Assembly: GCA_965198225.1 (NCBI GenBank)
Contig: CBDAOY010000009.1
Span: 320,001-384,000, forward strand
DNA length: 64,000 nt
Direction: 5' to 3'
Source: Terriglobia bacterium
GTDB lineage: Bacteria > Acidobacteriota > Terriglobia > 20CM-2-55-15
Positions within the stretch are counted from its first letter, which is position 1. Every line of letters begins with the position of its first letter. The notes under the pieces were generated by a model. The model searched no databases and was not told where the DNA came from. It saw nothing but the letters and a program-made list of their open reading frames with translations. This document shows positions 33,262 through 42,284 of the stretch, piece by piece. A program made the position numbers and the translations under genes.

Positions 33262-34290
33262 ATGGCCCGAACTAAGATTAAGCGAAAGGGAGTGGATTGG
33301 AAAGAACTGTTAGGAGAGGAAAAGGATCTGCTGAAAAGCGTCGTGCAGGAGGTGGTTCAGGAAATTCTCGAGGGGGAGATGGAGCAGGTTGTGGCCGCGG
33401 CCAAGAGTGAACGAACGGCGGGGCGGACCGGATATCGGAGTGGCTATTACGAGCGGGACCTGGTCACGCGGGTGGGCAAGCTCGCGCGTGCCGCAGGACC
33501 GGGCCAGCGGAGTGTTTGCGCTACCAACGCAGCGAGAAAGCTTTCGCGTGCCCGGTCGACGCGCAAGGTCAAGGCCATCACTTCGAGAATTATCGGACAT
33601 TCGTTTTCGGCCGCACGATCAGCCGGATTAATAAGACACTGGACACGGAGCTGAAAAAGTTTGCGCGCGAGCATTGGAGGAAGAATACCCGTACGTGATT
33701 CTGGATGCGCGCTACGAGAAGGTGCGCCAAGACGGGGTCATCCGGAGCCGAGCGGTTCTGGTGGCGATCGGCCTTCAACTGGGACGGGAGGCGCGGTGTG
33801 TTGGCGGTGGAACTAGCACGGCCAGTTGGCGGGAACTGTTACTGAGTTTGAAACAACGCGGCTTGTCGGCGTGGAGTTCGTGGTGACCGACAATCATGCC
33901 GGGTTGAAGAAAGCCATCGCAGAAGTCCTCGAAGGCGATCGCAACGCTGCTACGTGAGAAACGCATTGGATTATCTGCCGCGCAAAGCCGATGACTCTCG
34001 CGTTGGCTCTACGACCGGCGTCCAGGAGGCGCGGCAGGACCTGGCGGCATGGTTGAGCAAGTGGGGGCAGCAAAGACTGGGTCGAAGACAATATCGACGA
34101 GACACTAAGCTTCTTGGTCAGCCTGAAATCCACCAATATGCTGGAACGGCTCAACAGTCAAACGGCGAACGCGCGCGGATATTCGCAGCCCTGGGTTTGT
34201 CGGGCGCTGACCACCGAAAACGAGAAGGATCGAAGCGATCCGCTACTTGAACATGGCCTGTTGAAGGAACAAAAGGGACTGGCACCGTCA
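33262..34290 (+). mobile_element. Heavily degraded IS256-family transposase
   Basis: Fragments in shifting frames: GYRSGYYERDL.TRVG, VPQDR.G.F, YPYVILDARYEKVR, AVLVAIG, TDNHAGLKKAI, MRNALDYLPRK, LKSTNMLERLN. Confidence 0.85.
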
Positions 34291-34616
34291 GACGCCGGCT
34301 GCCTAAATAGACCATACGGTTTTCGACCCGGTTCAGTATCCTGGAGCGAAAAATCGCTAGTGGCCTGTAAGAAAGAAACGCAGAGACCTGATGGAAATGA
34401 CGCCTCAGAGGAAATCCGCCAAAAGGCACGGATTCCCTCTGAGGCTTGGAAAAGCTTCGCCAAGAACGCTCAGCTTTCCCACATTCCCACAGGCCCGACT
34501 CATTTTTCGGAAATACTTTTTGCCGCCTCGCTTACACCCCGCCCGTTTGACTTTACGGGCCCCTCTTCGCGATAATCGGAATCTATGCTTATGCCAAGAT
34601 TGGGGGTGTGTACCGA

Positions 34617-34820
34617 GTGGCTGAAGTAAGGGTTCAAGAGGGCGAATCGATCGAGAACGCTCTTCGCCGCTTCAAGAGAAAGGTCCAGCAAGAGGACATC
34701 ATCAAGGAGGTCAAGAGGCACTCCTTCTACCTGAAGCCCGGCGAAAAGAAGCGGATCAAGCAGGCGCTGGCCCGGAAACGGAGCCGGAAGAAGATCCGCC
34801 GCCGTACCTCCGACGACTAA
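34617..34820 (+). CDS. rpsU: 30S ribosomal protein S21
   Basis: V.EGESIENALRRFKRKV..EDII.EVKRH.FY.KP; GTG start at 34617. Confidence 0.95.
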   Translation: MAEVRVQEGESIENALRRFKRKVQQEDIIKEVKRHSFYLKPGEKKRIKQALARKRSRKKIRRRTSDD

Positions 34821-34843
34821 TACGTCAAGTACTACATAGTGCA

Positions 34844-34878
34844 GAAAGGCTCCCGGCTTCCGGGAGCCTTTCTTAGTT
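34844..34878 (+). terminator. Intrinsic terminator after rpsU
   Basis: gaaaggctcccgg-ctt-ccgggagcctttc then ttagtt. Confidence 0.85.
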
Positions 34879-34912
34879 CTGGGCAGGTTGACGCCAGCCT
34901 GCGGCCTTGAAA

Positions 34913-35385
34913 TCAGCCATCCGACCGGATCTTCTTGATTGCTTGCAGCTGATGGAGTGAAAGCTTGTCGGGCCGACCCAGGTGCTCCCGGATCGCAATC
35001 AAATCGTCGATATGGATAACTTCGAGATTCAGCCCTCAGACATTCATGTCGATCGCACGATCCGAAACCGCCAGGTAATCACCGAGCGGCTCAAGGTAAC
35101 CGATCAAGTCGAAGTCTCCGAACCTTGTAGTGAACGCAAAATTGCGCCGAGGGCGAGAGATTGCTCATCGATACGAAACGGAAGATCGGCCGGAGCATTC
35201 CTTGGACACGGCTGGAGCTGGTTCAGCGCGGCTACGAGCCTTCAAGTTCTCTGCCGACCGCTGTTGACACGAGGACTGCCGTGCAGGAGCTCGGCTTGTC
35301 CGCCGATAACATTGAACTCGACTTGGTGCGACTCCAGGATCGCCGCAATCTCTTCAAGAGCGCTCTTGTCGGTTTCGTCGGCCAT
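34913..35385 (-). pseudogene. Decayed nucleotidyltransferase (TA-like), with frameshifts and an internal stop
   Basis: Manual translation: MADET..VEFNVIGGQAELLHGSPRV, LPFRID, NFAFTTRFGDFDLIG, internal TGA, IDDLIAIREHLGRP. Confidence 0.7.
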
Positions 35386-35626
35386 AGTCCAGAAGCCTTA
35401 AGGCATCGCGGCGCGCCCGGTCGCCACGACGAACGTGTTCGGTCGGAGTAAGCTGAAGGCACTCGCGGATCAGCGTCAGGTCGATCCCGTTACAGTCCTG
35501 CTCGCCGTAATCCAGACGGGAATCGTCGTCGCCCCGGTCAATCTGGCGCTTTGAGCCCACCCCCCTATTATGTCCGACCCTCTGCTCTTTTGGAGACCGA
35601 AAGACGAACGCGCCGGTTCCGGACAT
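35354..35626 (-). CDS. Small protein, putative partner of the nucleotidyltransferase
   Basis: GIDLTLIRECLQLTPTE motif; overlaps the NTase start; start codon uncertain. Confidence 0.5.
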   Translation of the reverse strand: MSGTGAFVFRSPKEQRVGHNRGVGSKRQIDRGDDDSRLDYGEQDCNGIDLTLIRECLQLTPTEHVRRGDRARRDALRLLDYGRRNRQERS

Positions 35627-35705
35627 CGCCAGGGTCAGCCCTGAGGGGGTCCGTCCGCTCTGACTCGGACACCGGGCATCTTCTACCCCCTGATTCCCAC
35701 TCGGT

Positions 35706-36848
35706 TTATTGCGGGTGAGTGTCTAGGTGAGGTGCTGCGGGGTCCGGCAAGTTGAATCTGCCGCCACTCACGGACGAAGATTGATCTATGGCATTGTTCT
35801 GTAAGCCACCGCTTACCGAGGAAAATTTCCCGCTGGCAAAATTATTGGATCCGCCGCTGACGGCAGCATATTCTCCAGTGGCCCAGTTGAATGTACCGCC
35901 GGTGACGGAGGAACGAAGGGCAAAGGCGCGATTGGCATACCCGCCGCTGACCGAAGAATAGATCCCGCTGGCCGTGTTGTTGTCGCCGCCGCCCGCCCAG
36001 GAAAGGAGCCCGCTCGCCGTATTGCCTACCCCACCGCTCGCCGAGGAGGTGTGGCCACTGGCAGCGTTTTGCTGCCCGCCGCTCACCGACGAAACGATCC
36101 CGCTGGCCGTGTTGAAATTCCCACCGCTTATTGCGGAATACCAGCCGCTGGCGGTGTTTTTCGTTCCACCGGTCACCGAGGAAAAGAGCCCGTTCGTGGC
36201 ATTCAATAGCCCGACGACGATACCACCGACACTGGTGTAATTGAGGTTCTCGCCGACCACGAGCATATGAGATCCCGTTCGATCGTCGGGTCCGTTCGGG
36301 TCGTTGGGAGCTCTAGGTTCGTTATAGCCGATGATGACGTTGCCCAAGGCGTTAGTGCGCCTGGTGTCCCCCAATCCGTTGGCTACGTGCAGGTTGGCAC
36401 CGGTAATGAAGATCTCGTTTTGATCGCGACTGAAGTGAACGAGCAAATCTTGTAACTCGTCCACTTCCGGGGCCTGGTCGGCGTGGTGCTGGCCGGGGAG
36501 AACATTCGTCAGGTCGGCGTGATCCCCGCTGAAGCGGGGGCCGACTGCGCCAACAGCCTCCGCGTCCGTGTAACGTGGTTGGTGTATGGCGGTATCGTCG
36601 ATGTGCGTCCCCACCTGTCCAAGCAGGGCGTTGAGCCCTGCCTCCAGCGCGTCTACCTGAGCCTGGAGCGCGACGTTCTGCTGTTCCAGCGCGGTTACGC
36701 GAGCCGCGAGGCTGGAGCCGCCTGTTCCTCCAGTTGGCTTACCCGGTGGCTTCGGTGGTTTCCCCTGGGAAAACGCCAACGGGCCTGCAACGAGGAGCAA
36801 TACGACAACAACCGCCGTGACGGCGGACCGAACAAACATTTTCAGCAT
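35706..36848 (-). CDS. Secreted protein with coiled coil and 14-residue Gly/Ser/Asn repeats (SGGxxNxASG), adhesin/fibre-like
   Basis: Signal peptide, AGGAG RBS before ATG 36848, about ten S-V-S-GG-x-x-N-x-A-S-G repeats. Confidence 0.75.
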   Translation of the reverse strand: MLKMFVRSAVTAVVVVLLLVAGPLAFSQGKPPKPPGKPTGGTGGSSLAARVTALEQQNVALQAQVDALEAGLNALLGQVGTHIDDTAIHQPRYTDAEAVGAVGPRFSGDHADLTNVLPGQHHADQAPEVDELQDLLVHFSRDQNEIFITGANLHVANGLGDTRRTNALGNVIIGYNEPRAPNDPNGPDDRTGSHMLVVGENLNYTSVGGIVVGLLNATNGLFSSVTGGTKNTASGWYSAISGGNFNTASGIVSSVSGGQQNAASGHTSSASGGVGNTASGLLSWAGGGDNNTASGIYSSVSGGYANRAFALRSSVTGGTFNWATGEYAAVSGGSNNFASGKFSSVSGGLQNNAIDQSSSVSGGRFNLPDPAAPHLDTHPQ

Positions 36849-36900
36849 GATCTCCTCCTGCGACAAATAACGACACTGAGCGAAAGTGTCCCTACGGTTC

Positions 36901-38094
36901 TCATCGTTTCCTCCCGTCAGCCACCTTTTGAGTCAATTCCTCGAGTTCTTGCTGCAAAATCCGGATCTGGTCTTGCTGTTCCTTCATGGCCTCGATGAGC
37001 AATGCGGTGATCCGTGCGTAGTCGACAGACCTGGCGTCCTGTCCGTTCGGCTCGTAGACGACTACTTCCGGAACGACTTCGCCGACCTCTTCGGCAATCA
37101 GGCCAATGTCGCGCTCTCCGTCGGACTTCCGGTCATAAGCCACACCACGGAGTCCCAGAACTTTCGCAAGTGCACCTTCCAGTGTGTGGATGTTCGTCTT
37201 CCACCGTCGCGAACTGTACGTGGTCAAGTCATGAATATCGCCCCCTGAACCGAGGCCTACATAGTGGCCGTTGAATGATCCAGTTCCAGCGACAAAAACC
37301 CACCCCGGACCAATTGGAGTTCCATCGCGGTAGCTGCGGAGACCGTGCCTGCCGTCAGTGTGAATGGACTCAAACTGAAAATACGCGTCCGGGTTCATGT
37401 TGTTGTCGACGCGCAATCCGGACAGAAACGTGGAGCCTGCGCCGCCTCTCCCAGGCAAGCGGCCCTGGGGCGTCAAATGAAGCTTCGCCCGAGGATCCGC
37501 CGTCCCGATACCGACGTTGCCGTCGGAGTAGAAGATGTCTGCCGGTTCGACTCCCGGAGCCCATGGCGTCTCCCCGTCAGCTCCGGCTGGCCCGATCGGT
37601 CCCGTTGCCCCCTGGACGCCTTGTGCCCCTGCGGAACCCTCCGGACCCGGCTCTCCCTGGATGCCCTGCGGCCCGGCTGGTCCCACCGGTCCCTGTGTCC
37701 CGATCGTTACGTCCAGGCTGGCAAATCCGTTGGGGGATGGATCACGTATTACCGTCAAGAGATAGGTGCCGGGGGTCGACTGCACAAAGGCGGGTAGCTC
37801 GGCCACGATTCGCGGCGGAACCTCGCCGGTAAAAGCAGCCACAGCAGGCACCCCGTTGAAGGTCACCGCGGGCACGGATGCACCAAAGTTCACACCCTCG
37901 ATCAAGACCACGGGAGTTGGCAGCGCGTCCAGGTTGACCATCGCGTTCACGATGGTCAGCTGGGCGCCCGATCCTCCGGCTGGCTTCCCGGATGGAATCG
38001 GGGGTTTCCCCTGGGGAACCGCCGACACGCCCGCTACGATGAACGAAACGACAACCACCACAACGACGGCGGACCGCGTCAACATTCTCAGCAT
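36901..38094 (-). CDS. Secreted collagen-repeat protein with C-terminal intramolecular chaperone (peptidase S74 / tail-fibre) domain
   Basis: Signal peptide, Ig/IPT-like region, Gly-X-Y run, [27 protein letters not shown]..coiled coil. Confidence 0.82.
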   Translation of the reverse strand: MLRMLTRSAVVVVVVVSFIVAGVSAVPQGKPPIPSGKPAGGSGAQLTIVNAMVNLDALPTPVVLIEGVNFGASVPAVTFNGVPAVAAFTGEVPPRIVAELPAFVQSTPGTYLLTVIRDPSPNGFASLDVTIGTQGPVGPAGPQGIQGEPGPEGSAGAQGVQGATGPIGPAGADGETPWAPGVEPADIFYSDGNVGIGTADPRAKLHLTPQGRLPGRGGAGSTFLSGLRVDNNMNPDAYFQFESIHTDGRHGLRSYRDGTPIGPGWVFVAGTGSFNGHYVGLGSGGDIHDLTTYSSRRWKTNIHTLEGALAKVLGLRGVAYDRKSDGERDIGLIAEEVGEVVPEVVVYEPNGQDARSVDYARITALLIEAMKEQQDQIRILQQELEELTQKVADGRKR

Positions 38095-38183
38095 GATCTC
38101 CTCCTTACTATCATCAACCCAACCATCGCTCGTCGCAGAGCAGCAATCTTCGTCCTGGTGTCATTTTGATTTGTCCTCCAAGA

Positions 38184-38234
38184 GCTCACCCTGTACGGTT
38201 TGTGCTGCCGGCACAACAGGCAAGGTGGGACATC
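38184..38234. repeat. 51-bp direct repeat, copy 1
   Basis: gctcaccctgtacggtttgtgctgccggcacaacaggcaaggtgggacatc, identical to 38539-38589. Confidence 0.9.
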
Positions 38235-38538
38235 ACATTGTTCGGATCTTGGAGCATTGAATTGGGAATCAGGCAGGGCTCCGGATTTGGTAAAGACTCC
38301 TATCGATGCCGAGGCGCATGATGTTCACCGCATTCGCGTAGACTTGACCCGATCCATTTCGACCTGCGACTTGTAGATCTGAGTGATGGTGAGAGTTGTT
38401 GGTCCTTCGCCGGCGAAGTAGCTGTCCTCCAAAGTTCATTGTTCGGCGCCAGGGCTCCGGTAGAAGCAATGTTTTCGCGAACCCGCCTCGACTGCCATGA
38501 CCCGCCGCTCCAACTGGCTCCGAGGCAGACTGGTCTGG

Positions 38539-38589
38539 GCTCACCCTGTACGGTTTGTGCTGCCGGCACAACAGGCAAGGTGGGACATC
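38539..38589. repeat. 51-bp direct repeat, copy 2
   Basis: Identical to 38184-38234. Confidence 0.9.
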
Positions 38590-38671
38590 TTGAGACATGT
38601 TTGACCGATTCCCCTCAAATGGGCGAAAATACCGGTCAATCCCCCACGATTCGAGCTTAGGAGAGCCTCCG

Positions 38672-40891
38672 ATGAGTGACGCGCGAGAGCGCCTGGATTC
38701 CTGGAAAGAGATCGCGGCGTACCTCAATCGGGACGTTCGGACGGTCCGGCGATGGGAGACCGCCGAAGGTCTCCCGGTGCACCGGCATGTCCACGCGAAG
38801 AAAGGGACCGTCTACGCCTACCGCGCGGAAATCGATGCCTGGTTGGCCACCCGGAAAGACAACTCCAGCCCGCTCAATGGGATTCCCTCAGCCCGGGAAT
38901 GGACAGGCTGGCAGGGCCATGTGGGTAGCCGGGCTTGCCATTGGAGCTCTACTGTTGGCAGGCTCGACGTGGTGGGTGACCCGCAACGGGTCTTCGGAAA
39001 CAGTACTCGATTTCAACGAGCGCGACTGGGTGCTCATTACCGACTTCGAGAACCGGACCGGAGATTCATCGTTCGACGGATGGTCGAGTACGCTCTCGAA
39101 CGCGAGTTGAGCAATTCTCCGTTCGTCAACGTCGTCCCGGCCGAACGGGTCCAGGACACCTTGCGATTGATGAGGTTGCCGCTTGATAGCCCGATCGAAG
39201 CGGCCCTCGGACGCGAGATTGCTCAACGGGATGGTGAGGTTCGCGTACTACTGGCGGGACGCGTCGAGGTGATCGACTCCACCTACCTCTTGTCCGTGCA
39301 ATTGATAGGCCCGCGTGAAGGCGCGGCCGTGGCCGCCACAAGCAAAGAAGCAAAGGGAGAAGCTGAAGTACTGCCGACTTTGCGGGTTCTGTCGGACTGG
39401 ACCCGGGAAACACTGGGTGAGAAGTTGACGGTCGCCGCCGCGCCAGACCGGAGGCTGGAGAAAGTAACCACCCCGTCGCTGTCGGCACTGAAGCTGTACT
39501 CTCAAGCGGTGGAGCTGACGCACGCCCCGCGGGAGTGGCCGGTGATCGAGCAACTGCTGAGACAGGCGGTGCAGGAAGACCCGGATTTCGCTACAGCGCA
39601 TATCTATCTGGCCCATGCCATAAGGAACCAGGGCAAGCCTCTGGAAGAGTACATGCCCTACGCGGACCGGGCCGCTCGACTGGCTCCAGGGACTTCTGAT
39701 AGTGAGCGTCACTTCATTCTGGGCAGTTTCCATGCACTGAAAGGGCGGTACGAAGAGGCGCTGACCGCTTTTCGGACACATCTGGAATTCGCCCCGGATG
39801 ACTACTGGGGCCGAAACAACCTGGCTGCAATGTACCGAGCGTTGGACCGGCGGAGTGAAGCCGCAGTGTCCTTCGCCAGGGTGGCTGATCTCCGTCCCAA
39901 TGACTTTAGCCTCAATGCCCAGGCTTCCGGCTCGCTCGCCCGAAAAAACCTGCTGGGTCTTGCTCGGGAATACAATCGGCAAGCACTGGAGCTGCTTCGT
40001 GACATGCCGGCAACAGGCAATCCCCTCAAGGCGGACGTTGAGCTTTTCTCGGCCTGGGGATATCTACAGCATGGCGATCCGCGAAGCGCCCTGGGCGAGG
40101 CCAATCGTCTGAGAAAGAAATTGGCTTCGCTGAACAATCGTCAGAAGCTCCTTTACGTCCATCCCCTGGGCAAACTCTACCTGACAATCGGAAAACTTCG
40201 GCAGGCGGAAGATCTCTATGAGGACGCCGAGGTCTGGAACCTCAGCACTGAAGTTAAGTACAGCTTCGACTCGCATAGAATCGCGGCCGGGTTCAGCCGA
40301 ACCGGGCGGTTTCTCGAGTCTTTCGATGAAAGCCAAATAGAGTTGACGCTGGTGGTACCGGTAGTGTTGGCTCGACTGGGTCGGACGAGCCGTGCCGACA
40401 GGTCCATGTCGCAGGTGCGGACCGATTTTGCAACTTTGGTGACCGAGGATCTCCTGAGCATATACAGCGGTGAACTCGCTCTCGCAAGGGGACGAACCGC
40501 CGAGGCGGCTCGTCTTCTTCAAGAAGGCTTGGAGGTCAGCAAGCAGCGGCGTGGACCTGAAACACATTTTCTCGCGGCAGAATCCCTGGCCATGCTCTTC
40601 GAACAACGCGGGGATACCGGAAGGGCGGCTCGACTTCTGGAGGACTGGTCCGGTCCCGAGGCAAGGGCGTGGGTTTTCTACAGTAATGGTCGACCCACAT
40701 CCCCTTACTGGATATCAACACGCTTCAAACTGGCGGCCTTGTACCGTCGAATGGGGCGCGACGACCAGGCCGCCGCGATTGAATCGGAGCTGCGCGATCT
40801 GCTTGCCCTCGCCGATGCGGATCACAACATCGCGATGGAGCTCCAGCAACTGGCGAACCTTGCCAAGCAGACCGCACCGGTCAACGAGTAG
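38672..40891 (+). CDS. Putative membrane-anchored regulator: N-terminal HTH (RLDSWKEIA type), TolB-like region and TPRs; carries an apparent pair of compensating frameshifts
   Basis: RLDSWKEIAAYL.R.VRTV.RWE..GLPVHR; VTTPSL.AL.LY; AV.EDPDFA.A; TM and ENRTGD segment lie in the +1 frame. Confidence 0.75.
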   Translation: MSDARERLDSWKEIAAYLNRDVRTVRRWETAEGLPVHRHVHAKKGTVYAYRAEIDAWLATRKDNSSPLNGIPSAREWTGWQGHVGSRACHWSSTVGRLDVVGDPQRVFGNSTRFQRARLGAHYRLREPDRRFIVRRMVEYALERELSNSPFVNVVPAERVQDTLRLMRLPLDSPIEAALGREIAQRDGEVRVLLAGRVEVIDSTYLLSVQLIGPREGAAVAATSKEAKGEAEVLPTLRVLSDWTRETLGEKLTVAAAPDRRLEKVTTPSLSALKLYSQAVELTHAPREWPVIEQLLRQAVQEDPDFATAHIYLAHAIRNQGKPLEEYMPYADRAARLAPGTSDSERHFILGSFHALKGRYEEALTAFRTHLEFAPDDYWGRNNLAAMYRALDRRSEAAVSFARVADLRPNDFSLNAQASGSLARKNLLGLAREYNRQALELLRDMPATGNPLKADVELFSAWGYLQHGDPRSALGEANRLRKKLASLNNRQKLLYVHPLGKLYLTIGKLRQAEDLYEDAEVWNLSTEVKYSFDSHRIAAGFSRTGRFLESFDESQIELTLVVPVVLARLGRTSRADRSMSQVRTDFATLVTEDLLSIYSGELALARGRTAEAARLLQEGLEVSKQRRGPETHFLAAESLAMLFEQRGDTGRAARLLEDWSGPEARAWVFYSNGRPTSPYWISTRFKLAALYRRMGRDDQAAAIESELRDLLALADADHNIAMELQQLANLAKQTAPVNE

Positions 40892-41022
40892 ATGAGCGAG
40901 ATCATCACATCAGCCGCCCAATCCACCGGCGGCCGTTTCTCGATCTCTCAAACTCGTCTGACGGCGCCGATCGAGAGTGGGTTTCGTGGAAACGGTGCGA
41001 TGAACCGGAGGGGATCCGTCGC

Positions 41023-42018
41023 CTAAGACAAAGCCGTGACGGCCGTGACGTCCACGACGTCTTCCACGGAACATCCGCGCGATAAATCATTCCCCGGCTT
41101 TGCCAGGCCTTGCAGGATCGGCCCCAGCGCACGGGCGCCGGCGAGTCTCTCGGTGAGTTTGTAGGCAATGTTTCCGGACTGAAGGTCGGGGAAAACAAGA
41201 GTGTTCGCTCGCCCCTGAACCGGACTGGCCCCCGCCTTTGCTTTCGCTACCTCCGGAACCAAGGCAGCGTCTGCCTGAAGCTCCCCATCGATGACCAGGT
41301 TTCCGTTACGCGCACATGCCGTTTGTGCGGCCCGGCGGACGCGGTCGACCAGCGCGTGCTCGGCACTGCCCTTGGTCGAAAACGAGAGGAAAGCCACGCG
41401 GGGCTCGCAGCCGAGCAGCTTGCGGGTATTGGCGGCAGCCTGAAGCGCAATCTCCGCAAGTTGCGGGGCGGTGGGAACCGGTACCACGGCACAATCGGTA
41501 AAAACAAGGCCTCCGCGTTCCCCGTGGTCGCTGGAGGGCAACGCCATCAGGAAGTAACTGGACACAATCGATGAGTCCGGGGCCATGCCGATGCAGCGTA
41601 TGGCTGCGCGCACGGTGTCGGCCGTTCGCGTCGACGCACCACCGACGAACCCATCCGCATCTCCGGCACGGACCATTGCGGCCGCAAAGTACATCGGGTC
41701 TTGCAGACGGTCCTGAGCCTCGAGTTCCGTCGTCCCTTTGGCTCGCCAGTCGGTCAGGAGCATCTCCGCGTAACGCTCGATGGTCGAGGTATCGGGATGA
41801 ACGACTTCCACTTTCGAAAGGTTCAGGCTGAGTGAACGGGCCTGTTCAGCGACCCGGTCGGAATTACCCACGAGCACCGGTCGGGCAATCCCTTCCTTCG
41901 CCACGATCCCCGCGGCCTTCAAGATCCGCGCGTCCCCGGATTCGGGGTACACGACCTTCCGGGAAGCGGACGCCGCCCGGCTTCTGATGTCCTCGATGAT
42001 GGGGTATGTGTTTGCCAC
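41023..42018 (-). CDS. pta: Phosphate acetyltransferase
   Basis: [34 protein letters not shown]. Confidence 0.93.
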   Translation of the reverse strand: MANTYPIIEDIRSRAASASRKVVYPESGDARILKAAGIVAKEGIARPVLVGNSDRVAEQARSLSLNLSKVEVVHPDTSTIERYAEMLLTDWRAKGTTELEAQDRLQDPMYFAAAMVRAGDADGFVGGASTRTADTVRAAIRCIGMAPDSSIVSSYFLMALPSSDHGERGGLVFTDCAVVPVPTAPQLAEIALQAAANTRKLLGCEPRVAFLSFSTKGSAEHALVDRVRRAAQTACARNGNLVIDGELQADAALVPEVAKAKAGASPVQGRANTLVFPDLQSGNIAYKLTERLAGARALGPILQGLAKPGNDLSRGCSVEDVVDVTAVTALS

Positions 42019-42063
42019 GTCCTAACTCTACAGGCGGGAAGCGACGGGTAGCAAGAGAGGACG

Positions 42064-42220
42064 CGTAGGCCGTTATCCGTAGGCCGTAGGCCGTTGTGCG
42101 GTTCGGTTCGGCTTTTCATCGATCTGCGCGTTACTCGTCAGTACTTGTCGACGTGAACGGCACAGTTCGAGCCAATCCTCGTCGAGCGCTCCGACAACGG
42201 ACAACGGATAACGGCCTACG
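42064..42220. repeat. 157-bp element with perfect 17-bp terminal inverted repeats and 7-mer iterations
   Basis: cgtaggccgttatccgt (42064-42080) and acggataacggcctacg (42204-42220). Confidence 0.7.
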
Positions 42221-42284
42221 AATCATCAACCACAGGCACTACGACCATTGTGGTTCAAGCACCGACTTCAGGGAGAAGCAACAA

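Noticed and set aside
36901-38094. S74 tail-fibre domain as evidence of a prophage
   Set aside because: The protein has a signal peptide and no phage structural, integrase or lysis genes are nearby
38184-38589. 51-bp repeats as a CRISPR array
   Set aside because: Only two copies, about 300 bp between them, and no cas genes
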